Shown: in pieces, positions 63,836 to 64,000 of the stretch
How positions within the stretch are numbered: position 1 is the first letter of the stretch
How the letters are laid out: each line of letters starts with the position of its first letter
Origin: Nitrospirales bacterium
GTDB lineage: Bacteria > Nitrospirota > Nitrospiria > Nitrospirales > UBA8639
Reading direction: 5' to 3'
NCBI GenBank assembly: GCA_965203295.1
Contig: CBDBCZ010000013.1
Coordinates: 800,001-864,000, forward strand
DNA length: 64,000 nucleotides
Notes under the pieces: generated by a model
What the model saw: the letters and a program-made list of their open reading frames with translations, nothing else
Told to the model about the DNA's origin: nothing
The model's database searches: none
Position numbers and translations under genes: made by a program

Positions 63836-64000
63836 AGAGTGCTCCTGTTAGCCAGTTTTATGCAGCAAGATTTGTGTTTTGACAACTTCTAGTAACCTAT
63901 ATGAACTGCTATTAGGATCATAAATGATTGATATATAGCTAGTAGCATTAAAAGTTGCCACCTGTCAGAATTGCAACATGCTTGCACTGTCATCACTCTC

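Overview
Eukaryotic, intron-rich, transposon-dense animal DNA. The gene families (single-exon PMP-repeat/Cys-rich multi-TM receptors, death-fold NLR, Ngaro-type retroelement) suggest a demosponge; this is inference. Host genes reconstructed by hand from splice phases: last exon of a MATH-domain gene, a RING/B-box/coiled-coil (TRIM-like) gene, profilin, an unidentified minus-strand gene, an LRR pseudogene, a 14-exon Death-domain + beta-TrCP-like F-box/WD40 fusion gene, two intronless arylamine N-acetyltransferase paralogues, a 1515-aa PMP-repeat multi-TM receptor plus a disrupted relative, and a death-fold/CARD-NACHT-LRR NLR. Mobile DNA: a 5'-truncated CR1/L2-group LINE, a near full-length PHD-ORF1/APE-RT LINE, an intact split-direct-repeat tyrosine-recombinase retrotransposon nested in a hAT-like MITE inside a receptor gene, and many MITEs. 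Top leads: (1) the Death-domain/beta-TrCP chimera whose phosphodegron-binding residues appear replaced; (2) a predicted spliceosomal intron in the retrotransposon gag, filled with repeated CAG|GTAATG donor-like motifs; (3) a U-UUU-UUA slippery heptamer at the start of the LINE ORF1/ORF2 overlap. All gene models and alignments are manual; no database search was run.
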